Below are positions 8,739 through 17,469 of a DNA stretch of 64,000 bases, in pieces. The translations under genes were made by a program, and so were the position numbers. The notes beneath the pieces were generated by a model. That model made no database searches. It saw only the letters and a program-made list of their open reading frames with translations, and had not been told where the DNA came from. This DNA comes from Minisyncoccia bacterium (GTDB taxonomy: Bacteria; Patescibacteriota; Minisyncoccia; Phycocordibacterales; UBA918): NCBI GenBank assembly GCA_041736805.1, contig JBGSSW010000008.1, positions 2,897-66,896 of the forward strand, given 5' to 3'. Numbering within the stretch: position 1 is the stretch's first letter; every line of letters begins with the position of its first letter.

Positions 8739-8739
8739 C

Positions 8740-10143
8740 ATGAAACGCTTTAGCGAACAATTTAAGAAAAAGTCAGAAACTCTTCGTTTGAGTGTGTCTG
8801 AAAAACGCGAGCTTCGTGAGCGGGTTGTTTCGTATATGGAGTATCATCCTCTTCCAGTTAAAGATACTAATTTTAATAATGAATCCGCCGGTGACGCTGT
8901 CATTGAGTTTAATTTTGCCCAGTTTAAATCTTGGCCTAGTTGGCGAATTTTGAAGACAGCCGGGGCTTTAGTCGTTGTTTTGGCGGTCGGAGTTTCTTTC
9001 TGGGCAGAAAAAGCTGTCCCGGGAGACACTCTCTATGCAGTGAAGGTTGGTTTTAATGAAGAAATGAGAAGTACTCTAGCTAGAGGCTCTTATGAAAAGG
9101 TAGTTTGGGAAACACAACGATTAAACCGAAGAATTGCCGAGGCCAGACAGCTGGCTGATGAAGGAAGACTGACTGTCGAAGTAGAGGTAGAAGTGGCTGA
9201 CGCAGTGCGTGTGCATAGTGAAAACGCCCGCAAGGAAATTGAAAATTTAAAGTTGACAGACAAAGACGAGGCGACCATGGCCTCGATAGAACTTGAAACT
9301 GCTTTAGATGTCCAAACAACCTCACTGAAAAATCGTGATGATTCTGGTTTGGTAGGGCAGTCTACGGCTTTGATTCAGACCGTCTTGGGCCAATCACAAG
9401 CCATTGGACTTTCTTCGGCTGAAGACGACACCCTTCCAGCTTTAGATAAGCTGGTAGCAAAGGTAGAAAGTGAAACTACTAGAGCATATGAATTACTTGA
9501 GGGAGTTAAAAAGACAGCTACCGCTGAAGAGAGAAGAGACATAAAGCGCCGTCTGGACGATATTGAAAGAAAAATAACAAAGTCTAAAGCTTATTCAGAA
9601 GAAGATAACAGTTTATCTTCTAGACAAAGTTTGGTGGAAGTTCTACAACAGACTCATCGCTTGATTGTCTTCATGACTAATATTGATGTGCGGGAAAGTG
9701 TGACGGTAGAAGAAATTGTCCCGGTCACTTTGACGCTTGAAGAAAGAATTGACATAGTAAAAAAGCAAACAAGTGAGACTACTACTTTAATAGAAATGGT
9801 TGATGAGAAGTTGAATGCCACTAGTTCAGATTTAATTGATAAAGATGTATTAGCTAAAGTTGAGGTTGGTTTTGAACAAAGTAGCAGTTCTCTAGCCAAG
9901 ACACTAGACTTGATAGTTGTTGAACCTTTAGATATAGAGACGGTCGAAGGTTATAGTCTTGATGCTTATAACTTAATTTTTGATACGGCTGCTTTATTAA
10001 ACATACGCAACTCTATTCCTGAAACAGAGCTTGATGATATAGAGGAAGAGTCAGGAACCAGTACTGAAGAAGTTCTTCCAAAAGATGGAGAGGTTAGTAC
10101 TAGCACAAAAGCCACCACTACAGCAGTTGAACTAGATGTTTGA
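8740..10143 (+). CDS. Membrane-anchored DUF5667-like protein, putative anti-sigma factor
   Basis: TM followed by AEKAVPGDTLYAVK..NE motif; immediately after the ECF sigma gene. Confidence 0.7.
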   Translation: MKRFSEQFKKKSETLRLSVSEKRELRERVVSYMEYHPLPVKDTNFNNESAGDAVIEFNFAQFKSWPSWRILKTAGALVVVLAVGVSFWAEKAVPGDTLYAVKVGFNEEMRSTLARGSYEKVVWETQRLNRRIAEARQLADEGRLTVEVEVEVADAVRVHSENARKEIENLKLTDKDEATMASIELETALDVQTTSLKNRDDSGLVGQSTALIQTVLGQSQAIGLSSAEDDTLPALDKLVAKVESETTRAYELLEGVKKTATAEERRDIKRRLDDIERKITKSKAYSEEDNSLSSRQSLVEVLQQTHRLIVFMTNIDVRESVTVEEIVPVTLTLEERIDIVKKQTSETTTLIEMVDEKLNATSSDLIDKDVLAKVEVGFEQSSSSLAKTLDLIVVEPLDIETVEGYSLDAYNLIFDTAALLNIRNSIPETELDDIEEESGTSTEEVLPKDGEVSTSTKATTTAVELDV

Positions 10144-10174
10144 CAGTAAACTAAAATCAGTTATATTTACTAGT

Positions 10175-10285
10175 ATGAAGGAAACAAATATCACCAAAGT
10201 AGCGATAGTAAATAATGATGAAAGGAGAAATTCTTTCTTTATGTTTATTACTTTTAGCTTCCTAGCGTGGTCGGTTTGTTTCTAA
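10175..10285 (+). CDS. 36-aa peptide with a Phe-rich hydrophobic tail (candidate leader peptide)
   Basis: MKETNITKVAIVNNDERRNSFFMFITFSFLAWSVCF; TTGACA(10140)...TATATT upstream and terminator about 10295-10341 downstream. Confidence 0.45.
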   Translation: MKETNITKVAIVNNDERRNSFFMFITFSFLAWSVCF

Positions 10286-10345
10286 TTTAGTACTCACAAA
10301 AACAAAACCGGCCTCTCCTAGGGGTCGGTTTTGTTTTTGTGGGGT

Positions 10346-10486
10346 CTGTTGTTCGCGGGAGAATTTTAAAGCTTTAAAATTCTCCCGCGAATCGCAGGCT
10401 TTCCTTCACGGAGGAAATACTTATTCGCACAAGAGGTGCGGGACCCAGACTAGTCTGGGAAAGCCTGCGACAGGTTCTTTAACAAC
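10346..10486 (+). ncRNA. Structured leader with multiple stems and a boxA-like motif
   Basis: TTCGCGGGAGAATTTTAAAG/CTTTAAAATTCTCCCGCGAA, CGCAGGCTTTCC...GGAAAGCCTGCG enclosing internal hairpins, then GTTCTTTAACAA. Confidence 0.6.
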
Positions 10487-10513
10487 GGTCAGACGACCAA
10501 AGAGGTGAAGTAA

Positions 10514-11629
10514 ATGCAAAACCAAGACAATGGCCAAGATTCAAATGTGGTGTTCCACAACGTCATCACTTCGTATCCGCCAAGTGAGTTGAAGGGTCTC
10601 AGGGGAGTGCCTAACTACGCCGCACGGGTGGTGGCGGCTTCGAAACCCGGGGACGTCGTCATTTTGCCTCCAAGCACGATGCCTTACTTGGGTTGGGCAA
10701 GGGGACACTTCGAAGAAGTGGGACTTAGGACAGCCACGGAGTTCCATCCAGGGGACAGCCATACAATGGCGTTTCTGTTGGGGAAACTACCCAACCATGG
10801 ACTCGACGTTTTTTTCTTCGACGAAGCGTGCCACAAGGCTCGTCCGCACCAGAAGTGGCTTCAACAAGCAGAGTATCTCAACTCGAAAAACAACTTCATT
10901 CAGCTCTGCGAAGTCCTTGGGGTGGAAACCCCCGAAACAACTATCTACAACAAGGTGGAGGAGGTGAAGGGTTTTCCGGAGATGCCTGTCTACGTCAAGA
11001 AGGCAGTATCGGCTTCTGGTTTTGGCGTTTGGCGTTGCGAGACTGATGAGCAGTTCCAAAATATCGTCATGCTGCAAGAAGCTCCCTTCCAGGTACAAGA
11101 GGCTTTGCCAATTGGGACACAGTTTCTCAATGTTCAATATCGAGTTGCCTCTTCAGGACAACTTGAGCACGGTCCGGTTACTCTCCAGATTCTGAAGGGT
11201 AACAGTCACGATGGCAATAGCTTCCCGGTATTGTGCGACAAACATGATATCTGGAGAAGCACGGATATCTTGGCACGGCATGCATTCGAGTCTGGAATGA
11301 GTGGTGTCTGGGCCTACGATGTGGCAGTGACAACGACCGGGCAAGTTTTGCCGATTGAGTGCAATCCTCGCTACAACGGTGCCAGCTACTACTCTATCGT
11401 CGCCGAAAAGCTCGGTGTCCAGGAGTGGGAGTCTCGTAACCTTGATTTCCGGGCTCGCACTTATGAAGGCTTCAAGCTGGGAGAGCTCTCCTATAACTCA
11501 AACAACGGCTTGGGGGTCGTTTTTGTCAACTGGGCTTGTGCCGGAGAAGGCATGATCGGCGTTTTCTTGGCTGGGCCACCGGCCACACGAGCAGAGTATT
11601 TGGAAGAGTTGAAAGCGCGGGTCAGCTAG
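10514..11629 (+). CDS. ATP-grasp domain protein (putative peptide/amide ligase)
   Basis: LNSKNNF, PVYVKKAVSASGFGVW, FQVQE, YDVAV, IECNPRYNG; SD GAGGTG 10502-10507. Confidence 0.85.
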   Translation: MQNQDNGQDSNVVFHNVITSYPPSELKGLRGVPNYAARVVAASKPGDVVILPPSTMPYLGWARGHFEEVGLRTATEFHPGDSHTMAFLLGKLPNHGLDVFFFDEACHKARPHQKWLQQAEYLNSKNNFIQLCEVLGVETPETTIYNKVEEVKGFPEMPVYVKKAVSASGFGVWRCETDEQFQNIVMLQEAPFQVQEALPIGTQFLNVQYRVASSGQLEHGPVTLQILKGNSHDGNSFPVLCDKHDIWRSTDILARHAFESGMSGVWAYDVAVTTTGQVLPIECNPRYNGASYYSIVAEKLGVQEWESRNLDFRARTYEGFKLGELSYNSNNGLGVVFVNWACAGEGMIGVFLAGPPATRAEYLEELKARVS

Positions 11630-11726
11630 TTTCCGCATTTGTTCTGAAGGTGTTCTTTGGAGGCGGTGAGTGCTTGCACTCACCGCCTCTTTTTATTTAT
11701 GGTAAGTTAGGTAGAATTCAATAATT

Positions 11727-12629
11727 ATGAAAAAATTTGCAATTGTTATCCACGGCGGTTCAGGAGCAATAAGTGATGTTGCTTTATATCAAGAAAGCTT
11801 GGGCCGTGTTATTGAAGAAGTTTCTAAATTAGCTAAAGAAGGCGAAAGTGCTTTGAATTTAGTAACAAAAGCCGTGGTCTTATTAGAGAATGATCCTCTC
11901 TATAACGCTGGTCGTGGTTCTGTATTAAATACAGAAGGATTTGTGGAATGTGACGCTTCTATTATGAACGGTATTAATATTGAAGCTGGTGCAGTCGCTG
12001 GAGTTTCAGGAATTAAGAATCCAGTGCTCTTAGCAAGAAAGGTGATGGAAAAAAGTTCTCATGTCATGTTGATAGGAAAGGGAGCAGAAGGTTTTGCTCT
12101 GGATAATGGAATTGAAACTGAGTCGTTGGAATACTTTGTTACTGAAGCTAGAAAAAAACAATTGGAGCAAGCCAAGGAAAGCGATAACATAACTTTAGAT
12201 CACAATGAAGTAACTGAAAAGAAACTGGGTACCGTAGGAGCGGTCGCTATTGATTCGGATGGTAATATTGCAGCCGCGACATCAACTGGAGGATTAGTTA
12301 ATAAAAAATTTGGTCGAGTGGGAGATTCTCCAATCATTGGGGCGGGTGTCTATGCTGAAAATGAACTTTGTGGTGTTTCAGCAACCGGTTATGGCGAACA
12401 ATTTATTCGTACCACTTTAGCCAAACATATGGCTGAATGGATGCGGTATCATGAAGGTAGTGCTCAAGCCGGAGCAGAAGAGGGAATAAACTTCTTAGTT
12501 AAAAAGGTAAATGGTCTTGGTGGAGTTATATTAGTCGATTCTGATTATAAAATTGGAGTTGCCCACAGCACACCTATGATACTGGCTGCTTCTAAAACGT
12601 GGGATACCGAGATGAAATTGTATTGTTAA
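11727..12629 (+). CDS. iaaA: Isoaspartyl peptidase/L-asparaginase (Ntn hydrolase)
   Basis: IVIHGGSG, GTVGAVA nucleophile Thr, ATSTGG, GRVGDSPIIGAG. Confidence 0.92.
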   Translation: MKKFAIVIHGGSGAISDVALYQESLGRVIEEVSKLAKEGESALNLVTKAVVLLENDPLYNAGRGSVLNTEGFVECDASIMNGINIEAGAVAGVSGIKNPVLLARKVMEKSSHVMLIGKGAEGFALDNGIETESLEYFVTEARKKQLEQAKESDNITLDHNEVTEKKLGTVGAVAIDSDGNIAAATSTGGLVNKKFGRVGDSPIIGAGVYAENELCGVSATGYGEQFIRTTLAKHMAEWMRYHEGSAQAGAEEGINFLVKKVNGLGGVILVDSDYKIGVAHSTPMILAASKTWDTEMKLYC

Positions 12630-12670
12630 AAATTAAGAGTCCGTTATATCAATTTAATTGATAGCTAGTT

Positions 12671-13426
12671 ATGACCAAGATTCTTGCTGTCCAATTCCGC
12701 ATCAATCAGTTTGCTTTAGAACAAGAACAGAAATGTTTTAAGCGTGAACTTACCAAAGACTCAATTGTCGAGGTGGATTTTGTTAGCGCCCTAGATAAAT
12801 CAATTGATTGGAATTTCCCAGAAATAATCTTGGAGGGATATAGTGCTGTGGTACTTGGTGGTTCGGGAGATTTAGATTTTGATGGCCAACGAGCGGTTGA
12901 TGATGAGGTAAGAAAAATATCTCTAGAATTAGTAGGGCAACTTAGAGCGTTTTTTCAGTACCTGTTTGATAACGACATTCCTACTTTAGGTATTTGTTAT
13001 GGACACCAAATACTAGGAGCTTTTGCCGGAGCTCAGGTCCACTGCGATGAGGGACAAAAGAAAACTAGGTCACATGAAGTAAAGTTATTGGTTGACAGGA
13101 AGGATTATTTTCTGTTTACTGATCTGCCTGATTCATTTCAAGCCCATTATGGACATAAAGATGTTTTGGATAGAGTGCCAGAAGGAGCGATCTTGCTAAT
13201 GAGTGGGGGTGAGGAGTGTCAGGTTTCGGCTTTGCAGTATAAAAATAATATCTATACAGTCCAGTTTCATCCAGAACTCACTCTGGAGGACATGGTTTTT
13301 AGAATGAAGCATAGTCCAGGATATTTACCAGAAGGCATTATAGCTGAAGAAATCTTTAAAGCTGAATCACATTCAAATATAATTTTGCGAAACTTTGGCA
13401 AGCTGGTGGTGAGTATAAAACCCTAA
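12671..13426 (+). CDS. Class I glutamine amidotransferase-like protein
   Basis: GICYGHQ and QFHPE catalytic triad motifs. Confidence 0.88.
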   Translation: MTKILAVQFRINQFALEQEQKCFKRELTKDSIVEVDFVSALDKSIDWNFPEIILEGYSAVVLGGSGDLDFDGQRAVDDEVRKISLELVGQLRAFFQYLFDNDIPTLGICYGHQILGAFAGAQVHCDEGQKKTRSHEVKLLVDRKDYFLFTDLPDSFQAHYGHKDVLDRVPEGAILLMSGGEECQVSALQYKNNIYTVQFHPELTLEDMVFRMKHSPGYLPEGIIAEEIFKAESHSNIILRNFGKLVVSIKP

Positions 13427-13541
13427 TTTGAGTTTGTTGGCCGAGGAAAAGTCTCGTTAGAGACTTTTCCTCGGTTTGCAAAGACCGAAAGGGGCCGCAG
13501 GTGCGGTATCAGTTCAATTGAAGTAAATGGAGTTGAAAAAC

Positions 13542-14117
13542 ATGGCAATGGCCACACAAGCAGTGCAACGGAGACAGGTTTATCCGGCAGAAAAAACAAG
13601 CTTCAAAACGAAAGGAGATACCAAGAAGATCTTGAACGACAAGAACAGCTTCATCAATTGCTGGCTCAACAAGGGTTTGGGAACCACACCCGCCACGGTT
13701 ACGGTTATGCGCGGCGGAAAGCTGCCTGGACTACACATCACTTATCCCGTGGTAGTGAAATCCGCCAAAGGTTCGCTGTTTGTGGTTTGCGAAAAAGAAA
13801 AGCAAATTGCGTCGGCAATCAAGAAGTTGCGAGGGGCTCCTTTCCAGGTCCAACAGTACTTGACGGGATTTACCTTTCTTCGACTTAATCTCGATTTCAA
13901 CCCGGGTAGGAAAATGGTCGAGGTCTTTGAAGAGAGGTCTGTCGGTGGGAAAGTTTGCTACGTCCCGCTGGAGAGTGTCAATCAACAGTACTTGATTGCA
14001 AGAGGTGCCATCAGGAGACTTGTCGAGACCATTCATCGTTTCGGAGTCAATCAGTTTTCTCTGACAGTGGCCGTTCGCCAACAAACCGGGTACATCATCA
14101 GCTGTCGTACCAACTGA
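13542..14117 (+). CDS. Truncated, degenerate paralog of the ATP-grasp protein at 10514
   Basis: LNDKNSFI/PVVVKSA/APFQVQQYL align with LNSKNNFI/PVYVKKA/APFQVQEAL; GGAG 13529-13532 favours ATG 13542. Confidence 0.7.
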   Translation: MAMATQAVQRRQVYPAEKTSFKTKGDTKKILNDKNSFINCWLNKGLGTTPATVTVMRGGKLPGLHITYPVVVKSAKGSLFVVCEKEKQIASAIKKLRGAPFQVQQYLTGFTFLRLNLDFNPGRKMVEVFEERSVGGKVCYVPLESVNQQYLIARGAIRRLVETIHRFGVNQFSLTVAVRQQTGYIISCRTN

Positions 14118-14180
14118 CCGACATTACGACCTTGGTCAATTAGATCATGCAAAGCCTTCCGGTAACGGGAGGCTTTATCT

Positions 14181-15275
14181 TTAGTTACTTAGTTCTTGTG
14201 AAAGAAGACTGATTAAAAAAGGGGCTAGGGTTTTGGTAAAGACACTTGAACGGAAAGCTAGGTTACCAGTGATGTTTTTATCTAATGAGAAACCGGTTTC
14301 TTCAAGAATAGTTCTATGGATATGAGACATGGTGATGGCCCGTAAACTTCCCTGCCCGTCGACACTATCATCACCTCTAGTTACAATCATACCAATCACT
14401 TTTCCTTCTTTATTTACAATTGGACCACCAGACGAGCCCTCAGCTCCTACTTTGCTGCCATGAATTGAAAAGACATCAGCGTAATTTGAATTAAAAGTGT
14501 AAAGTTCAGAAATTGTTGTGGTAGCAGATACAGATAGCAGGGGGGTGTTGGGGCCGTTCCTTATTAAGTCTGAAGCGGGGTATCCGGTAGCACTGACCTC
14601 TTTTCCTTTGATAGTGCGGGGCAATAATTCAGAATCAATTGCCAAGGCCGGAAGTACTGCTGGCAGGGGGCTACCATCTAGGGTTTCGCTGACATAAAGA
14701 AGAGCGTAATCTCGCTCCCCAGTACCAGTTGGGGCAACATCATCAATCATGGCAGCATTTTGTTGCACCCAAGTAGGTGGAATGTAGAGTAATTCAGCCC
14801 TGAACTTCGCTGTGGCTGGGGTGCCTTGTCTAATAATACATTCCGATTTACCTAAGGCTTCAGTAGCTCCAATAAGTAGAAATTGAGCTACATGGGCATT
14901 AGTAATAATGACACCGTCACTATGAACAAAAAATCCGGTGCCGGTGGTAGTTCTAATTGTGGTCGGAGTAGTAAAAGTACAAAATAAATTAACTAAAGCT
15001 TCGGTGGGGTTGGTTGTTACATAGTTGTTAGACGTAGCTTCAATAGCCGCTGCCTTTTGGTATTCAGCACTACGCAACAAAATATCAGGAAAGGCATTTG
15101 AATTAAAGATGGAAGGAAGATAAGACAGTGAATTATCATCTTTTTTTTCATCGGCCACCTGAATAATTTCCGCTTCAGACCCAGGAATTAGACTAAGGAT
15201 TTTGTCAGCTATTTGGTTGGTAAAAGCCAAGTAAACTGTAAATAGAGAGATGGTGACATCAATAAAGAATTGCAT
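14181..15275 (-). CDS. Trypsin-like serine protease, membrane-anchored
   Basis: TGFFV, TNAHV, DYALL, GSSGGP. Confidence 0.88.
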   Translation of the reverse strand: MQFFIDVTISLFTVYLAFTNQIADKILSLIPGSEAEIIQVADEKKDDNSLSYLPSIFNSNAFPDILLRSAEYQKAAAIEATSNNYVTTNPTEALVNLFCTFTTPTTIRTTTGTGFFVHSDGVIITNAHVAQFLLIGATEALGKSECIIRQGTPATAKFRAELLYIPPTWVQQNAAMIDDVAPTGTGERDYALLYVSETLDGSPLPAVLPALAIDSELLPRTIKGKEVSATGYPASDLIRNGPNTPLLSVSATTTISELYTFNSNYADVFSIHGSKVGAEGSSGGPIVNKEGKVIGMIVTRGDDSVDGQGSLRAITMSHIHRTILEETGFSLDKNITGNLAFRSSVFTKTLAPFLISLLSQELSN

Positions 15276-15382
15276 ACTCTAGCAGTATAGCAAGAGTTGG
15301 TGGAATTTTTACCCCAATGGTGGTAGAATCTTGCGTACTAGATTTGGAGGTTAGATGTCTAGTAAACAGTTAATTCAGCAAT

Positions 15383-15522
15383 GCGGTTGTAAGCAAAGCT
15401 TGCACCCGCTGCGTTCGGAGCTAATATGAAAGCGAGCTTTCATATTATTCCTCACTTGCGGGTGTGGTTTAGTGGTATTGAGAAAGTGTGGGACACTTTC
15501 GAAAAACTGCCTTCCAAGCAAT
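15383..15522 (+). pseudogene. Partial tRNA-Gly-derived copies interrupted by hairpins
   Basis: 15458-15477 equals the first 20 nt of tRNA-Gly; ACTGCCTTCCAAGCA anticodon arm at 15506-15520; acceptor-stem-like minihelix 15383-15409. Confidence 0.7.
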
Positions 15523-15586
15523 AATTAGATGAGGCAGTCCTTGGAACCTCTCATTTAATTATAAAAAGTTCAATCAAATACAAAAT

Positions 15587-15657
15587 GCGGGTGTGGTTTA
15601 GTGGTAAAACGACTGCCTTCCAAGCAGTAGTCGGGAGTTCGATTCTTCTCACCCGCA
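15587..15657 (+). tRNA. tRNA-Gly (UCC), CCA not encoded
   Basis: GCGGGTG...ACTGC-CTTCCAA-GCAGT...GTTCGATT...CACCCGCA cloverleaf. Confidence 0.95.
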
Positions 15658-16381
15658 CAGCCAACATGAAAATCATTCCTGGGAATGTTTTTATATTACT
15701 CAAGTAGTCGCACAAATTCTGCTGTATCTGTTGTTTCCGTTGCTCGAGAATCAACTTCGTAATTTGCGATCTCTATAGTTACTATACCTTCTTTTAGAAT
15801 TGCAGATTTTGGAACGTCGTTTCTAAAACAAAACCATGGACTTCTCATATCTTCACCAACTCTAGGTATTTTCCAAGCATCCGTCGGTGTTACATGAAAA
15901 CATGTTAGACCTGCCAAGACACCGTCCATTATATTTAAGTTTCCACTAACGGTTGTAGTACCCTTAGTAATTATTGAATCTAAGGAACTCGATTCTACTG
16001 TAAAAGCACCGACAGTTTCACCAGGAGGTATAGGGATAATTATATTTTCGGAATCTGTCTCAGAAATGTAATCAACAATACTTTTGTCTAGTGTGTTTTG
16101 CTGTTCATTTTTTATATTCTGTGCACTTTTAGACACCAAGGTGTGAACCTCGACAATCTTCACTGGAGCATACACATAACCAATATATCCTCCTAAGAAG
16201 GGAAGAATTATAAATAATAGTAGAGCAAGGTATTTTGATAAAGGAGTAACCTTATGCAAAGAAGAGAAGGTAGACTCCACTTTAGAAGACTCTAATGTGT
16301 TATTTTCCATATAAATTAATCATAACATGTAGGGCCCAAAACCGTTCTAACATCGTCCCACAAGGTGCACAGCCAACATGA
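15655..16381. repeat. 15-bp direct repeat GCACAGCCAACATGA (att-like) bracketing one gene
   Basis: Identical at 15655-15669 (tRNA 3' end) and 16367-16381. Confidence 0.7.
15696..16310 (-). CDS. Hypothetical single-TM membrane protein
   Basis: KVTPLSKYLALLLFIILPFLGGYIG N-terminal anchor, which I recall as common in CPR proteins. Confidence 0.75.
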   Translation of the reverse strand: MENNTLESSKVESTFSSLHKVTPLSKYLALLLFIILPFLGGYIGYVYAPVKIVEVHTLVSKSAQNIKNEQQNTLDKSIVDYISETDSENIIIPIPPGETVGAFTVESSSLDSIITKGTTTVSGNLNIMDGVLAGLTCFHVTPTDAWKIPRVGEDMRSPWFCFRNDVPKSAILKEGIVTIEIANYEVDSRATETTDTAEFVRLLE

Positions 16382-16452
16382 TTAAAGTAAAACTTGCGAT
16401 TTTTTTCTTTTCTAGTAGTTTATTATCGTAACGTTCACTTTTGGAGTTAACG

Positions 16453-16815
16453 ATGTATAAGGTTCTTTATCAGCCGGAATTAAGGGAGAGATTACCAAAA
16501 TCTCCACCAAAGGCATACATTTGTCTTGTCTTCGAGGGTTCAAACGATCGTTTGCGAGACTTACTTTACTCAGAGGCGACAGGACATGAAGCTCAACAGG
16601 AGCATGCTGAGAAGTTCAAATTGGCGGCGCTCATGCTTAATAGTCCAACGCCACTTTCTGTACAGAAGTGGCGTCTACGTTCCATTGTTGCTGTCTGGAG
16701 AAAGTCCGAGGCAGCGAGGCAACAGCAAATGAGAACATTGAATAGACACACTAATTTTGGAGCAGACTTCGGCCGAATGGACATCGGTGGAAATCCAGGT
16801 TGGGGAAGAGATTGA
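16453..16815 (+). CDS. SD-led ORFan, 120 aa
   Basis: GGAG 16443-16446 before ATG 16453; terminator about 16843-16870. Confidence 0.6.
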   Translation: MYKVLYQPELRERLPKSPPKAYICLVFEGSNDRLRDLLYSEATGHEAQQEHAEKFKLAALMLNSPTPLSVQKWRLRSIVAVWRKSEAARQQQMRTLNRHTNFGADFGRMDIGGNPGWGRD

Positions 16816-16953
16816 AAACTACACAAACGCCGTCAACCAGGGAAAAGCCACCTGTGAGGCGGCTTTTTCTATTTTTGAATTATCTAACAAAACCACGTAA
16901 CTAATAATTGAAGGTTTTACAGCTCGAATAAATACATGCTATATTTTTAAGGT

Positions 16954-17382
16954 ATGCTAAATCCAGAAATACCAAAAGTCTCACAAGATAATGAAGAAGC
17001 CGGAGGAACATTTGCTGAAAATCCTGGAATGGAAATTGGAGCAGAACATAGTATGTGGGCGGAACCACGATTGATGTGGTACATGATACCGGAGGAACTT
17101 AAAAGTTTGATAGTAAAAAGTGATGGTGAGCACCCAGCTAATGAAGATGAGATTTTTCTTGCGTGGAATGAATACTTCTCTAGCTTGTTTAGAGATTTCT
17201 GGAATATTGATCCAGTAAAAAAAGAAAACCGGGAGCGATTGCAAAGAGTAATGTTAGAAACTGAAGCAGAAAGATATTTAACTGAAGAGGATTATCAAGC
17301 GATAGTAGACTTTTTCCCCGAAGACAAAAAAATAGCTTTTATTGAAAAAGTTCAAGAAATTTTACAACCGGAGTTAGGTTAA
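16954..17382 (+). CDS. Acidic hypothetical protein
   Basis: 142-aa ORF right after a TGCTATATT extended -10 box. Confidence 0.65.
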   Translation: MLNPEIPKVSQDNEEAGGTFAENPGMEIGAEHSMWAEPRLMWYMIPEELKSLIVKSDGEHPANEDEIFLAWNEYFSSLFRDFWNIDPVKKENRERLQRVMLETEAERYLTEEDYQAIVDFFPEDKKIAFIEKVQEILQPELG

Positions 17383-17469
17383 ATGAACCAGAATTTTAAA
17401 TTTTAACAACACAAAAGGCCGGCAGCGAAGCTGTCGGCCTTTTGTGTTACGTAGAAAGCTGCTTGGAAT

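Noticed and set aside
15383-15522. Permuted or intron-containing second tRNA-Gly
   Set aside because: No T-loop (TTCGA) arm adjoining a 3' acceptor strand can be assembled; kept only as tRNA-like fragments.
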